Below, in pieces: positions 1 to 9,894 of a DNA stretch of 64,000 bases. The stretch is from Candidatus Cloacimonadales bacterium (GTDB taxonomy: Bacteria; Cloacimonadota; Cloacimonadia; Cloacimonadales; JAIOQZ01). The notes below the pieces were generated by a model that did not search any database, was not told the DNA's origin, and saw only the letters and a program-made list of their open reading frames with translations. The stretch is from the NCBI GenBank assembly GCA_963662655.2, contig CAXXTU010000002.1:1440001-1504000 (forward strand). Direction: 5' to 3'. Both the position numbers and the translations under genes were made by a program. Numbering within the stretch: position 1 is the stretch's first letter; every line of letters starts with the position of its first letter.

Positions 1-1073
1 ATCGTCTCGATCGTCTCGTACTTGTTGTCCAGCTCGAGGGCCGTGTCGTAGGACAGACGGACGTAATCGACCGCCTTGTCGATCTGCCTCAAGTGCTGGC
101 ACACAACGGCGAGATTGTTCAATAGAGGCACCGTCTCGCGTTTCAATCCGGCCTGAAGATACACGCCCAAGGCTTTCTCGTAGGTTTCGCGAGCCTTTTC
201 GTTATCCCCGCGCTGCATGTAAACAAGCCCGATGTTGTTGAGCGAAGAAGCGTATCCGCCCTTACCGCCCATCTTCTCGTAGACTTCTGCGGCTTTCTGG
301 TAGCAATCCATGGCCAGATCGATCGTGTTGCTGTCCATATAAACGTTGCCCAACGTAAGCAGGTTTCCACCAAGGGTTTGCTGCAGACCGTACTTCTCGG
401 AGATATCGCGCGCCTTGCTCAGGCTGTCGATGGCCATATCATTGTCACCCTGGCGGTTGCAGATATTACCCAGGCGTCCGTAGGTGTCGGCTATTTGCTG
501 AGGCCGCATCACGTCCTGAAATTCTTCGACCAACCGCTGGGCCACTTTCCGGCACTGGACGTAATTGCCCTTCAGCCATTCGTACGACAACTTGAGAATT
601 AAGGTTCTCATCAATTGAGAACGATCATCAGACGACTCATAAAAGTCGAGCGCTCGTTGAATATACGGCTCGGCTTCTTCCTCGCGATCCAGTCGGGTCA
701 ACACGGTACCGATCAGGTAATCGAGCATCGAAGCGAGGTTGATATCGTTCTGCTCTTTCACCTTTGCCGTAATGTCGATGAGGAAGTCGAACGCTTTATC
801 GAACTTCTGATGATTGATGAGGTCCCTGATGCAGATGAATTCGAACCGAATGGCTTGCCTGATGGAGCCATATTCTCTGGCGAGTCGGCAAGATTCCTCG
901 ATATCCTTCATCTCCACCTGTTTGGGGAAATTATTCTGGAATTGCGTACAATTCCCAAGAAGGTCTTCGATGATCTCTTCCCGATGGCTCTGAAGCTCTG
1001 TTTCCGCCAATGCGCTTTCCGCCGTGGACACTAATTCTGCTAGATTCTCATTCATTGAATCAATATCTTTCAT
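1..1073 (-). CDS. Tetratricopeptide repeat (TPR) protein, 3'-partial (runs off the window)
   Basis: Read manually; not in the ORF track. ATG at 1073 (MKDIDSMNENLAEL...) stays open to base 1. TPR-like helices such as YASSLNNIGLVYMQRGDNEKARETYEKAL and VPLLNNLAVVCQHLRQIDKAVDY. Confidence 0.8.
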   Translation of the reverse strand, partial: MKDIDSMNENLAELVSTAESALAETELQSHREEIIEDLLGNCTQFQNNFPKQVEMKDIEESCRLAREYGSIRQAIRFEFICIRDLINHQKFDKAFDFLIDITAKVKEQNDINLASMLDYLIGTVLTRLDREEEAEPYIQRALDFYESSDDRSQLMRTLILKLSYEWLKGNYVQCRKVAQRLVEEFQDVMRPQQIADTYGRLGNICNRQGDNDMAIDSLSKARDISEKYGLQQTLGGNLLTLGNVYMDSNTIDLAMDCYQKAAEVYEKMGGKGGYASSLNNIGLVYMQRGDNEKARETYEKALGVYLQAGLKRETVPLLNNLAVVCQHLRQIDKAVDYVRLSYDTALELDNKYETIET

Positions 1074-1256
1074 TGCTGTTATTGGTTGATTTTCATTCAT
1101 TTCGGCCTCTGCAAACATTCCTCTTTACAGAGATATAATCGTCTCCGGTTTTTGTCAATCAATAACGTATCGATTATGGATTCCATCGAACATTTAGCAT
1201 ACAGACTCTCTTATTATTGCCGTAAAATTGTCAGACAAATATGTGTTTTACATGAA

Positions 1257-1682
1257 TCATCTGTATAAGAAATACTTTCTCGAAAAGAAATTCCAGGTGT
1301 AGACAAATGGATTCGTCATGATGTTTGAAATAACGTAGAAAATCCCGAGCTCCGAAGTAAAAATCCAAAGGAACGTTTCATACACGATCAAGCCGAACAG
1401 ATTGATGACCAGAAACGTCACCAGTTCGTACACCCTGCTGTGGTGAACGCAACTATGGAAGACCCATTTGATGCCGATGATGTAGTTGATGATCAGATAC
1501 ACAGTAAACGCGATCGCTCCCGCATAGAGGTAGTGGAAGTGCACTACTTCCTTGAGGATCACCAGCACAACAAGCTCGATGAACCACGTTATCGCTGCCG
1601 TCAGCGCGTAGCGCAACGACTGAACATAGGTGTTCTTCGTCTTCTTCTGAAACAGTTTGTGGAACAGTCTGCGGGGTGAAAT
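1257..1682 (-). CDS. GtrA family membrane protein (lipid-linked sugar flippase-like)
   Basis: Four hydrophobic segments; NYIIGIKWVF and WNFFSRKYFLY match GtrA patterns. The frame stays open upstream of the TTG at 1616 through KTKNTYVQSLRY to an ATT at 1682 preceded by GGAGG; start is uncertain. Confidence 0.8.
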   Translation of the reverse strand: MSPRRLFHKLFQKKTKNTYVQSLRYALTAAITWFIELVVLVILKEVVHFHYLYAGAIAFTVYLIINYIIGIKWVFHSCVHHSRVYELVTFLVINLFGLIVYETFLWIFTSELGIFYVISNIMTNPFVYTWNFFSRKYFLYR

Positions 1683-1697
1683 ACCAGCCTCCAGTAT

Positions 1698-3431
1698 CTA
1701 TAATTCCTGATCCTGCGGGAAATATCTTCGATAGGATTTTTCGCTCAACTTCTCCAGATCGAAGAGCCCAAGCCCGTCAATCGTGTTCGAGAAGTTCTCA
1801 TCAACGCCAAAATCAATAAACGTCATTCCGCCGTAATCGCACAGCCTGAGGTATTCCCTGTAGAGGATGGGGATCGTATAGCCCATGCCTTTCAACGCTA
1901 TCTTCATGTTGGAGAAATCTTCGTTGTAGTCCTCGCCCGATAGAATCTGCCCGGCTTCCTGCTCAGCGGTTTTCGAGAGTTCGAACTGCTTGAAGGCCCG
2001 TCCCAGGTTCTGGTTGTTCCAGTACCACTTGCGGTAGTAGGAGACCATCAACGCTTTCGCGGGTTCGGAATAGGAATCGCTGATGCTGATGCATCCGAAC
2101 ATCCAGCGAATCTCCTTGTTTTGGGTAAGGAAAGCGCCGATTCCCTTCCAGAGGTAATCCAGCGCATGGCTTTTCCAGTATTTATACTGAACGAAGCTGC
2201 GCCCCAGTTCCATCGATTGGGCCAGGAACGGCATGAAATCCTCGTTGAACTCGAACAGGCTCGCGGAATAGAATGCATCCGGGCCCGAGTTCGCCATGAT
2301 CTCGCGGCCATCGCCGATCCGGTAGGATCCCATGATCTCCAGATTCTCGTCGTCCCAAACCACGATGTGCTTGTAGTACGAATCGTACTGATCCGTATCG
2401 AGGCGATCTCCGGTTCCCTCTCCAACCTTGCGGAAGGTAAATTCACGTAGGCGGGATATTTCCCGGATGATGTTTGGGCACTTCTCGCCGTTCACCATGT
2501 AAACTTGCTTCTTCTCCTGCGGCTTGACGAGGAGCTCGGATTGCTGAAGTTCCTGCCGCAGCATGCTCTTCCCAACCGGATGAATGATCGCCTTCACTGT
2601 CTTGAAAACGCCTTTACGTCCCTGTCCCAGACGATAAACATGCTTTTTCAGCAGCTTCGTCACATCGCTGAGGTGCATGTTCGCTGTGTTGAGCGAGCTC
2701 GCGGGGATCGTATCGCCGATCTTGAAGGTGATATTCTGGTTCCGCTTGCGGAAAATCTCGTCGGCCAGCAAGAAGGTCGAGAAATTTCTATGTATCAGTG
2801 AAAACATGTAGAAGCCCACGGAATTGTAGCCTTTTACAAAGACTGGAAGGATGGGGGCGTCGAATTTCTGCGCGAACTGCACGGCTCCCTTCTTCCAGTA
2901 TCCGTCTCGAATCCCCTTCACTCCGAATCGCGAAACTTCCGCTGCCGGGAAAAAGATTACCGCTTCCTCGTTTATCAGCGCTTCGCGAATACGGTTGACT
3001 GAATCCTTCTGGTTCTTCGTGGAGAACACGTCGAACGGAATCGCGAATTCCTGAAGCGGTTCGAGCTGCAGGAGAACATCGTTTAGGACGATTTTAACGT
3101 CCTTGCGTATTTCCCAGATTGTCTTGATCAGGGCAATCCCATCCAGTGCCCCCAGCGGGTGATTGGCAACGATAACGAGCTTGCCTTCCGCCGGAATCTT
3201 CTCGCGATCGCGGCTGGAGATGAGATAAGAGAAATTGAGGTATTCAAAAATGGCTTCGATAAATCGGATGCCCTTGGTTTCCGGATGTTGCTCCAGAAAC
3301 TCATTCGCCTCGCGGACATGAATCACCCGGTTGAGGAAATTGATTACCAGCCTCCTGACAAATGCCGGATAGCCGTTCATAAAGCCATTGCTTTTCTCGA
3401 AGATCGCTTTTTCGAGATCTATTTTCTGCAT
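1698..3431 (-). CDS. Bifunctional PlsC-type acyltransferase + GNAT N-acyltransferase (OlsF-like ornithine lipid synthase)
   Basis: N-terminal ANHPLGALDG (HX4D) and FFPAAEVSR motifs; C-terminal REISRLREFTFRKVGEGTG..D.DQYD..Y.H and ELGRSFV...Y....ALDYLWKGIG of the Acetyltransf_5/OlsB type. Confidence 0.8.
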   Translation of the reverse strand: MQKIDLEKAIFEKSNGFMNGYPAFVRRLVINFLNRVIHVREANEFLEQHPETKGIRFIEAIFEYLNFSYLISSRDREKIPAEGKLVIVANHPLGALDGIALIKTIWEIRKDVKIVLNDVLLQLEPLQEFAIPFDVFSTKNQKDSVNRIREALINEEAVIFFPAAEVSRFGVKGIRDGYWKKGAVQFAQKFDAPILPVFVKGYNSVGFYMFSLIHRNFSTFLLADEIFRKRNQNITFKIGDTIPASSLNTANMHLSDVTKLLKKHVYRLGQGRKGVFKTVKAIIHPVGKSMLRQELQQSELLVKPQEKKQVYMVNGEKCPNIIREISRLREFTFRKVGEGTGDRLDTDQYDSYYKHIVVWDDENLEIMGSYRIGDGREIMANSGPDAFYSASLFEFNEDFMPFLAQSMELGRSFVQYKYWKSHALDYLWKGIGAFLTQNKEIRWMFGCISISDSYSEPAKALMVSYYRKWYWNNQNLGRAFKQFELSKTAEQEAGQILSGEDYNEDFSNMKIALKGMGYTIPILYREYLRLCDYGGMTFIDFGVDENFSNTIDGLGLFDLEKLSEKSYRRYFPQDQEL

Positions 3432-3447
3432 GGGATCTCCTGGTTAG

Positions 3448-4845
3448 CTAAAGGTTCTCGATGTTCTTCAGCGGTCGCGGCGCTGTCGCGGGGGTCACGC
3501 CGTCGCCCGAGAGATATCCCAGGATCGGTTTACCCTTGGGATTGCCATCGTCGTCCAGGCGATAGAACTCGAGCGGAATCCGCACGGCCTTGTCGTCATG
3601 CGCAAGCACGTCCTTGCCTTCAGCGTCAACATCAAACGGGTTGTGTTCGAACCAGCCGATACCGATCGCGGCGGTACCCTGCTCGTCGTTGACTGCCTTA
3701 CGCTTGGAGCCGATGAACTGGCGTTTTTCAAGCGGAACGTTCGGTGAATTGATACTTGAAGTTACCGCGCCGACCTTCTTGCCGTCACGAAAGATAACGC
3801 GATCCGTCACGATGCCTTCGGTAATGATGACGCAGAGCCGCTGATCGTTATCCTGATCCGCAAGCAGCGCTTCCTTGCCGACGAAAGACGCTTTGTTCAT
3901 ATCGATCGCCGCACCGAAAAGCGGAGTGTTGGTCGGCATCCAGTCGGGCCTGTATTCCTGACCCATCAACGGCAAGCCGAACGGACCGGCAGACATTCGG
4001 TTCTCATCGCGACCGCCCAGGCCGACAAGCATACCGCCCATATCGAGTGCGCCTTCGACGATTCGCTTGAACTCGGCCTCACCGACCCTGGTCGGCACAT
4101 AAAGCTCCCAACCCCAGCGGTTGGTGTAGCCAGTGCGACTGATGATATAGCGATCACCGTTGTAATCGAACTCGTTGAAGGAGAAGAAGCCCATGTTCTT
4201 GGCTGGATTATTCCGGTTGCGAAGCGCTTGATTTCCATACAGTTCCGCAATCAGTTTGTAGGAGTATGGCCCCTGGATGTCGATCTTCACCAGATCGTCG
4301 GAGATATCTTCCGCTGTCACCTCTTCGCCATCTTTCTTGTATCGCAGGATGAAATCCGCGTCGGAGACTTTCTCGACCTCGACTCCATGATCGATGCCCT
4401 TTCCGGTGAGATCGTGACCCGCGTTGATAACGATCATCACGCGATCCTCATCCATCCGCATCAGGATCATGTCATCCATCACGCCGCCCTGCTCGTTCAG
4501 CAGAAGCGTGTACTTGCACTGACCGATCTTCATGGAAGCGACGTCAGCCGGCAGTACACGATCCAGAAGAGCGACCGCGTCGGCTCCGCTGAAAACAATC
4601 TGCGCCATGTGATCGATGTTGAAAACCGCGATTTTCTCGATCGATTTCGCCTCTTCGAGCACCGAAGTGAGGTAGTTCACCGCCATATCGTACTCGCCGA
4701 AGTTGCTGCGCTTGATCGGTTCGTATTCCCTGCCAAGGCGAGCAGCCAGCAGCTTCTGGTACCATTCTTCCGCTTCGAAAAGCGCGGTTTTTCTTGGAGT
4801 TTCCGGAAATTTCCTGCCAATTGCCATTTGAGTCTCCTTTATCAT
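3448..4845 (-). CDS. gcvT: Aminomethyltransferase (glycine cleavage T protein family)
   Basis: FNIDHM, YTLLLNEQGGVMDD, IDIQGP, ISRTGYT..WGWEL, GLGGRD and VGAVTS motifs of the GcvT fold. Confidence 0.75.
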   Translation of the reverse strand: MIKETQMAIGRKFPETPRKTALFEAEEWYQKLLAARLGREYEPIKRSNFGEYDMAVNYLTSVLEEAKSIEKIAVFNIDHMAQIVFSGADAVALLDRVLPADVASMKIGQCKYTLLLNEQGGVMDDMILMRMDEDRVMIVINAGHDLTGKGIDHGVEVEKVSDADFILRYKKDGEEVTAEDISDDLVKIDIQGPYSYKLIAELYGNQALRNRNNPAKNMGFFSFNEFDYNGDRYIISRTGYTNRWGWELYVPTRVGEAEFKRIVEGALDMGGMLVGLGGRDENRMSAGPFGLPLMGQEYRPDWMPTNTPLFGAAIDMNKASFVGKEALLADQDNDQRLCVIITEGIVTDRVIFRDGKKVGAVTSSINSPNVPLEKRQFIGSKRKAVNDEQGTAAIGIGWFEHNPFDVDAEGKDVLAHDDKAVRIPLEFYRLDDDGNPKGKPILGYLSGDGVTPATAPRPLKNIENL

Positions 4846-4985
4846 ATTACTTAGTATCTAAAGATTTATAGCCAAACCACATTCGCTCGCAAAACCTCTT
4901 TTTGTAAAGAGAATTATAACGCAAAGTGTTCGGTTCTTTGTAACCTCAAAACATTAAATGAATTATCCCTCAGCGTCCCCGGTTC

Positions 4986-5888
4986 CTACTGCACCAGATG
5001 CACTTCGGGCTTCTTTCTGGCTCGACCCGTCAAGCGCAGAAGCTTGGGAATCTGCAAGCTGAAAATTCCCAGAAGGATCAATCCGCATCCCAGCAGGCTT
5101 CGCGCGCTCATTCTTTCGTCCAGGAGGATCATGCCTCCAACCAACGCAAATACGCTCTCCAGGCTGAAGAGCATCGCCGCGTGCGAAGGAGGTGCATCCC
5201 GCTGCGCCACGATCTGCAAGCTGAAAGCAACGCCAACGGACATCACCCCGCCATAGCCTATCGTCAGCCACGCCTGCCGGATAGCGCTCCAGTGGATTGC
5301 CTCGAACAACAGCGCGACAGCCATGCTCAGCGCTGCGCACGTAAGGAAAGAATAGATAGCCAGCACGATGTGGTTCGCCACCTTGGCTTGATGATCGATG
5401 TATTGTATCTGAATTGCCCATACAAAGGCGCAGATCAGGACAAGCAGTTCGCCGTAGGATATCGAGAAGCTCTCGTTCACGCTCAGGAAATAGAGACCGA
5501 TGACCGCCAGCACAACGCCAGACCAGCCAAAGATGCCGATCTTCTGCTTGAGAATGATACCCAGCATCGGCACGAAAACCACATACAGCCCGGTAATGAA
5601 ACCGGCCTTACCGGCGGTTGTGTAGACAAGCCCCACCTGTTGAAGCGAAACCGCGGCGAAGAGAATCACGCCGAGCGTAATACCGGGGAGCGGCCTGTTC
5701 CAGCCCGTCAGCTTTCTTCCGCGGATACGGGTTATCGCATACAGAACCAGCGCTCCCAGAAAGAAACGAACGCCGTTGAACAGATACGGCCCGACAAACT
5801 CCATCCCTTTCCGCTGGGCAACAAACGATAGTCCCCAAATAACTGACGTTAACAATAAAAGCAAATCAGCTCTCAGCGTGCGACTCAT
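4986..5888 (-). CDS. DMT/EamA family transporter
   Basis: About 10 TM helices; IWGLSFVAQR, GLVYTTAGKAGFITGLYVVFVP and SLESVFA motifs. Start chosen at MSRTLR after GGAG; the ORF extends to 5918. Confidence 0.9.
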   Translation of the reverse strand: MSRTLRADLLLLLTSVIWGLSFVAQRKGMEFVGPYLFNGVRFFLGALVLYAITRIRGRKLTGWNRPLPGITLGVILFAAVSLQQVGLVYTTAGKAGFITGLYVVFVPMLGIILKQKIGIFGWSGVVLAVIGLYFLSVNESFSISYGELLVLICAFVWAIQIQYIDHQAKVANHIVLAIYSFLTCAALSMAVALLFEAIHWSAIRQAWLTIGYGGVMSVGVAFSLQIVAQRDAPPSHAAMLFSLESVFALVGGMILLDERMSARSLLGCGLILLGIFSLQIPKLLRLTGRARKKPEVHLVQ

Positions 5889-6094
5889 CCGCATCTCCAT
5901 ACACCTTGATAACTCCAATTTTCACCGGGATCGTTTGCGTGCAAGATAATTCACCCGATATCTGAAATAAAAATCGAGCATTCTCAGGGCAGGAAATCGC
6001 ATGCCGGATTCTATAGATTTGCACCTGGGAAAATGTCATTCACAAACAATCCGGTAACCTTATATCTCCCATGCAAAAAAACGCGTTTTATTTA

Positions 6095-6123
6095 TTGACA
6101 TCCATGAATGAATTTTGCATTCT
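6095..6123 (+). promoter_or_regulatory. Putative sigma70-type promoter
   Basis: TTGACA-N17-CATTCT in an AT-rich tract 34 nt upstream of the ATG at 6157. Confidence 0.45.
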
Positions 6124-6156
6124 TAATGATGTTCAACAAACAATCGGAGGTGTGAC

Positions 6157-7386
6157 ATGAGAACATTTTTGATCATTACCATTCTCGTTTTCGCAATGAT
6201 CCTCGGCGCACAGGAATCCTGGATGCCGTTCAGCTTCGATACAGGTAATATCTACACATATTTCTTCAACATCGAAACACCTTATTACACCATGGCCGGG
6301 ACAACGAACGGTTTCTACATGACGCCGGAAGATGATCCTTCGTTCATCGAGACAAACCTCCCCGTGAAGGGATTCGCGCCCATCGACGACACCCATTGCT
6401 TCTTCGTCATGGGTGACGGAAGCTGGTCGGATGGCGTCTACCGGTTCAACATGGAGACGCTTCAATACGATGTGGCGATCTATACACCCTGGCCGAACTT
6501 CCTCTACAAGCATCCTGGTGGCGGTGGATATTTCGCAGGGGCCGAGTACGGCCTATACATGTCCAGCGACGGCGTCACCTGGAACGAGCCGACATGGACG
6601 TATCCGTGCTATGACATTACCATCTACAACAATCACATCGACATCGCCGCGGGAAATCATATCCTGCACTCGCCGGACAACGGCGATACCTGGGATGATT
6701 TCGCAACGAGCCAGGTCTTCACCGCGGTGGAATACGATCCTTGGGGAACGCTCTACGGAGCTTTCGGAGGCGTTTCGAATTCCTCAGGACTTTGGTCGTC
6801 CATGAATCACGGGGAAACGTGGTCGCTGGAGTTTTACTCCGATCACATCTCCTGCATCGACTGGAACATGAACAGTGACCTCTTTGTCGGCTGGAATCCA
6901 CCGGAGGACATCGAGTCAGAAGGAATCGGCATCTGGCACCCGGACATCTGGCAAATCGAATGCCTGAACGAAGACTTACCGAACCTGCACATCAACAGCA
7001 TCACCTGCCATCCGCTCATCGACTGCATCAACGTGATCGCCTGCACGGAGAACGGCGTTTACATGAACACATCCTATCCCTTTAGCGCTGAGAAAACCCC
7101 GGATGTCGAAGGGACCTTGAACCTGAGCAACTACCCCAATCCATTCAATCCGCAAACCACCATCCGTTTTTCCCTCGACGAGTCTTCCCATTGCAAGCTG
7201 AGCATCTACAATGTGAAAGGGCAGAAGGTCGCATCGCTCGTCGACGAGCAGCTTGATCGCGGAGAACACACAATCGTATGGGACGGAAGCGATCGTCAGG
7301 GGAAAGCGGTTTCCTCGGGGATTTACTTCTGCAAACTCGTTTCGGGAAATAGAGTTGACAATCGCAAAATGGTTTTGTTAAAATAG
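6157..7386 (+). CDS. Secreted BNR/Asp-box beta-propeller-like protein with FlgD-Ig/T9SS-type C-terminal domain
   Basis: Signal peptide; Asp-box repeats SSDGVTW, SPDNGDTW, SMNHGETW; C-terminal NYPNPFNPQTTIRF...GIYFCKL...KMVLLK; SD GGAGG. Confidence 0.8.
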   Translation: MRTFLIITILVFAMILGAQESWMPFSFDTGNIYTYFFNIETPYYTMAGTTNGFYMTPEDDPSFIETNLPVKGFAPIDDTHCFFVMGDGSWSDGVYRFNMETLQYDVAIYTPWPNFLYKHPGGGGYFAGAEYGLYMSSDGVTWNEPTWTYPCYDITIYNNHIDIAAGNHILHSPDNGDTWDDFATSQVFTAVEYDPWGTLYGAFGGVSNSSGLWSSMNHGETWSLEFYSDHISCIDWNMNSDLFVGWNPPEDIESEGIGIWHPDIWQIECLNEDLPNLHINSITCHPLIDCINVIACTENGVYMNTSYPFSAEKTPDVEGTLNLSNYPNPFNPQTTIRFSLDESSHCKLSIYNVKGQKVASLVDEQLDRGEHTIVWDGSDRQGKAVSSGIYFCKLVSGNRVDNRKMVLLK

Positions 7387-7442
7387 GATTATTCCGTTAG
7401 AGATATACCCCACGCTTTTCAGATCAGTAAATGGAGGTTGTC

Positions 7443-9005
7443 ATGAAATTATACATTGCGATTGTACTTGTGTTGTTCTCGCTGCAACTTGCCGCGGAAA
7501 TGGCATTCTCTCAGATTTGCTCGATTCCAATTGAAAAGGGAGATTTCTCCTATGCGGAGCAGAGACATTTCCACGGCGATGACCGCTTCGTTGTTTATTC
7601 GCAGGATGCCGACAGCATTTATATATCGGTCTACGATTTGGAAGGAAACCCTATGGAAGCGCTGCATTTAGCGATGACAGACGAAACAGATGCACGCAGG
7701 ATGACCTTCTTCGAATACGACGGCCTGCCGCATCTTGCGATTTCACGTGTCGAGATCGGCGAGGTGGAAGATACAGACGAAGGCTGGGAGCGAAGCAACC
7801 AGGTGATTGGTCAGATTTACAACCTCGATACCGGAGCAATTGTTACTTCGAGGATTATCCTTTCGATCCAGAGCAGCTACGCGCACGGGGACGACTTCCA
7901 CTCGAGTAGCATATACACGACGATCCTCGATCAACCCGATTTCTATGCTACAGACGAAGGCGATTCCCATGTCCTGATCCCATTCACAACGAGATGCAGC
8001 TTCAGTCATTGGGTTGGAGGAAGTGCAGGCACCGACGGTGTGCAAGAAAAGACGTACCTGTTTGAATTCACACTGACCGAGGAAGGTATCCAGCCCGAGC
8101 TGATATCCAATGCAGGGTATGATGTCATCACGGGAGACATCCCGGGCTACCCGATGATCAATTCGGGCAGAAGCGTAAGAAAAGAGGAATCGAATGGAGA
8201 GAATCAATCAACCTCCCACACATTCGCATATTCCGATGTTTGCATCCTCGAGGAAGACAATTTTGTATTCGGTTCCGGATTGTTCAACGCCAGGTATATG
8301 CTGCTTTCAGATAACTACCCCGGAGAACCGGCAAGCTTCACCATGCTTTCCGTCGATTACATCATGGAAAACGTCATGGATTACGAAATCGAGTTCACCG
8401 AACGCGATATGAACGGGGAAGTACAGTGGTCGGCAACATCGACATGCTTTGAAACCGACATGCTTCTCGAAGGAAAGTGCGTATCCGGTTGCTTCGATTC
8501 ATACTATGGCGTCCACATGGTCATCTACTTCGCGCCCGGCACCAACCTGTGGGAAACCCGGGATCGCTGGAACGGAAACCTCGAGGACATGGGAATTGCC
8601 GACTTCACGCCGTTCAACATCGAGCGATCCGCCAACCGCGACCTGATCTTCTTCTCTTACGATCACGGGGATGTCGAGATGTGGTATGGCTGGCACACCG
8701 TTTCGGTTGACGACAACGATGCTCTGGAAATCGCACTGAACGTCAGCAACTACCCCAATCCCTTCAATCCCACCACAACGATCCGCTTCACGATTCCAGC
8801 ATCGGGGAACGTGGAGCTTCACGTTTACAACACCCGCGGTCAGTGCGTGAAAACGCTCGTCGACGAGCGACTTGACGCCGGAGCGCATGAAGCGGCATGG
8901 AACGGAGACGACTCCCGCGGAAACATGGTTTCAAGCGGCGTGTATCTTTATCGCATTTGCATCGCGGATAGAAGCGTAACCGGCAAAATGCTGCTATTAA
9001 AGTAA
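7443..9005 (+). CDS. Secreted protein with FlgD-Ig/T9SS-type C-terminal domain
   Basis: Signal peptide MKLYIAIVLVLFSLQLAA after GGAGG; acidic body of unknown function; C-terminal NYPNPFNPTTTIRF...GVYLYRI...KMLLLK. Confidence 0.8.
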   Translation: MKLYIAIVLVLFSLQLAAEMAFSQICSIPIEKGDFSYAEQRHFHGDDRFVVYSQDADSIYISVYDLEGNPMEALHLAMTDETDARRMTFFEYDGLPHLAISRVEIGEVEDTDEGWERSNQVIGQIYNLDTGAIVTSRIILSIQSSYAHGDDFHSSSIYTTILDQPDFYATDEGDSHVLIPFTTRCSFSHWVGGSAGTDGVQEKTYLFEFTLTEEGIQPELISNAGYDVITGDIPGYPMINSGRSVRKEESNGENQSTSHTFAYSDVCILEEDNFVFGSGLFNARYMLLSDNYPGEPASFTMLSVDYIMENVMDYEIEFTERDMNGEVQWSATSTCFETDMLLEGKCVSGCFDSYYGVHMVIYFAPGTNLWETRDRWNGNLEDMGIADFTPFNIERSANRDLIFFSYDHGDVEMWYGWHTVSVDDNDALEIALNVSNYPNPFNPTTTIRFTIPASGNVELHVYNTRGQCVKTLVDERLDAGAHEAAWNGDDSRGNMVSSGVYLYRICIADRSVTGKMLLLK

Positions 9006-9043
9006 TTAAGCTGATAATTGATGATATAAAGGAGCCCAGATTA

Positions 9044-9496
9044 ATGACCTTTTCCAGAACACGTTCGGAAACGTTCGGCAAGGCTGCCGAAGGCCTGAGC
9101 CTGACCGAGAAAGAGAAGAAGAAGCTGAATATTGATCTGATCATTAAAATTATCGACCGCATGGAAGCGCTGTCCGCTGAATGCGAAGACTGCCGGCAGC
9201 TTCTTCCCGTAATCGAGCAGTTGACGATCGAGCTGTCGCTGGTGACCTCTGATAAGGATAGACGGAAATCGTTCAAGAAAGGAGCGAGAAAACTGGAAGA
9301 GCATCTGGTGAACAAACACAAGATCGTTCGTAAAGGGCATTATCCGGGAGTGTTCATGGCGATCGGCGTTGCGCTGGGCGTTTCATTCATGACGGCGCTG
9401 GATTCACCGGCATTTTTAGCTGTCGGAATTGCCATTGGCGTTGCTTTGGGAGGTGGCGCGGAGAAAAAAGCGGAAAAGGAAGGACGCATCCTCTAA
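9044..9496 (+). CDS. Hypothetical membrane protein
   Basis: 150-aa ORF with AAGGAG SD; two Gly-rich C-terminal TM helices (MAIGVALG / IAIGVALG). Confidence 0.7.
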   Translation: MTFSRTRSETFGKAAEGLSLTEKEKKKLNIDLIIKIIDRMEALSAECEDCRQLLPVIEQLTIELSLVTSDKDRRKSFKKGARKLEEHLVNKHKIVRKGHYPGVFMAIGVALGVSFMTALDSPAFLAVGIAIGVALGGGAEKKAEKEGRIL

Positions 9497-9497
9497 T

Positions 9498-9803
9498 TTA
9501 ATCCAGGTCCTCGATGAACAGATCGTCCTCCGGTGTTTCGAGAATCGATGGCGGCTTGGACATGAGCGATTCCCCGCTTTCGGGATCAGTCAGACCTTCA
9601 TCGGGCCGCTTGAAGAGCTTGAAGTTCTCGAAGAGCACCGACATCAGTATCAGCGTGAAAAGCACGGAGCCAACCGCCGTGAAGATATAGGAGAGGATGG
9701 AGTTATACTGGAAGGCGTCGGAAATCTGCAGCAGGATCGCCCCATCACCGAACATGATGTTGAGGATCATCAACGCAAGCAGAAGCAATACGATCAGTTT
9801 CAT
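9498..9803 (-). CDS. Hypothetical membrane protein
   Basis: 101 aa; two hydrophobic segments and an acidic tail; abuts the stop of the neighbouring gene. Confidence 0.6.
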   Translation of the reverse strand: MKLIVLLLLALMILNIMFGDGAILLQISDAFQYNSILSYIFTAVGSVLFTLILMSVLFENFKLFKRPDEGLTDPESGESLMSKPPSILETPEDDLFIEDLD

Positions 9804-9894
9804 CCCAAAATCCTTCCAATGTATTTCGTATCATGCGAATGGCGCGCCACAAACATGAATACTGTTTCTATATCGACAGCCGAACAGGTGAAGT

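Noticed and set aside
1..18. ATCGTCTCG tandem duplication at the window start
   Set aside because: Only two units, inside the TPR coding frame (ETIET); not an array.
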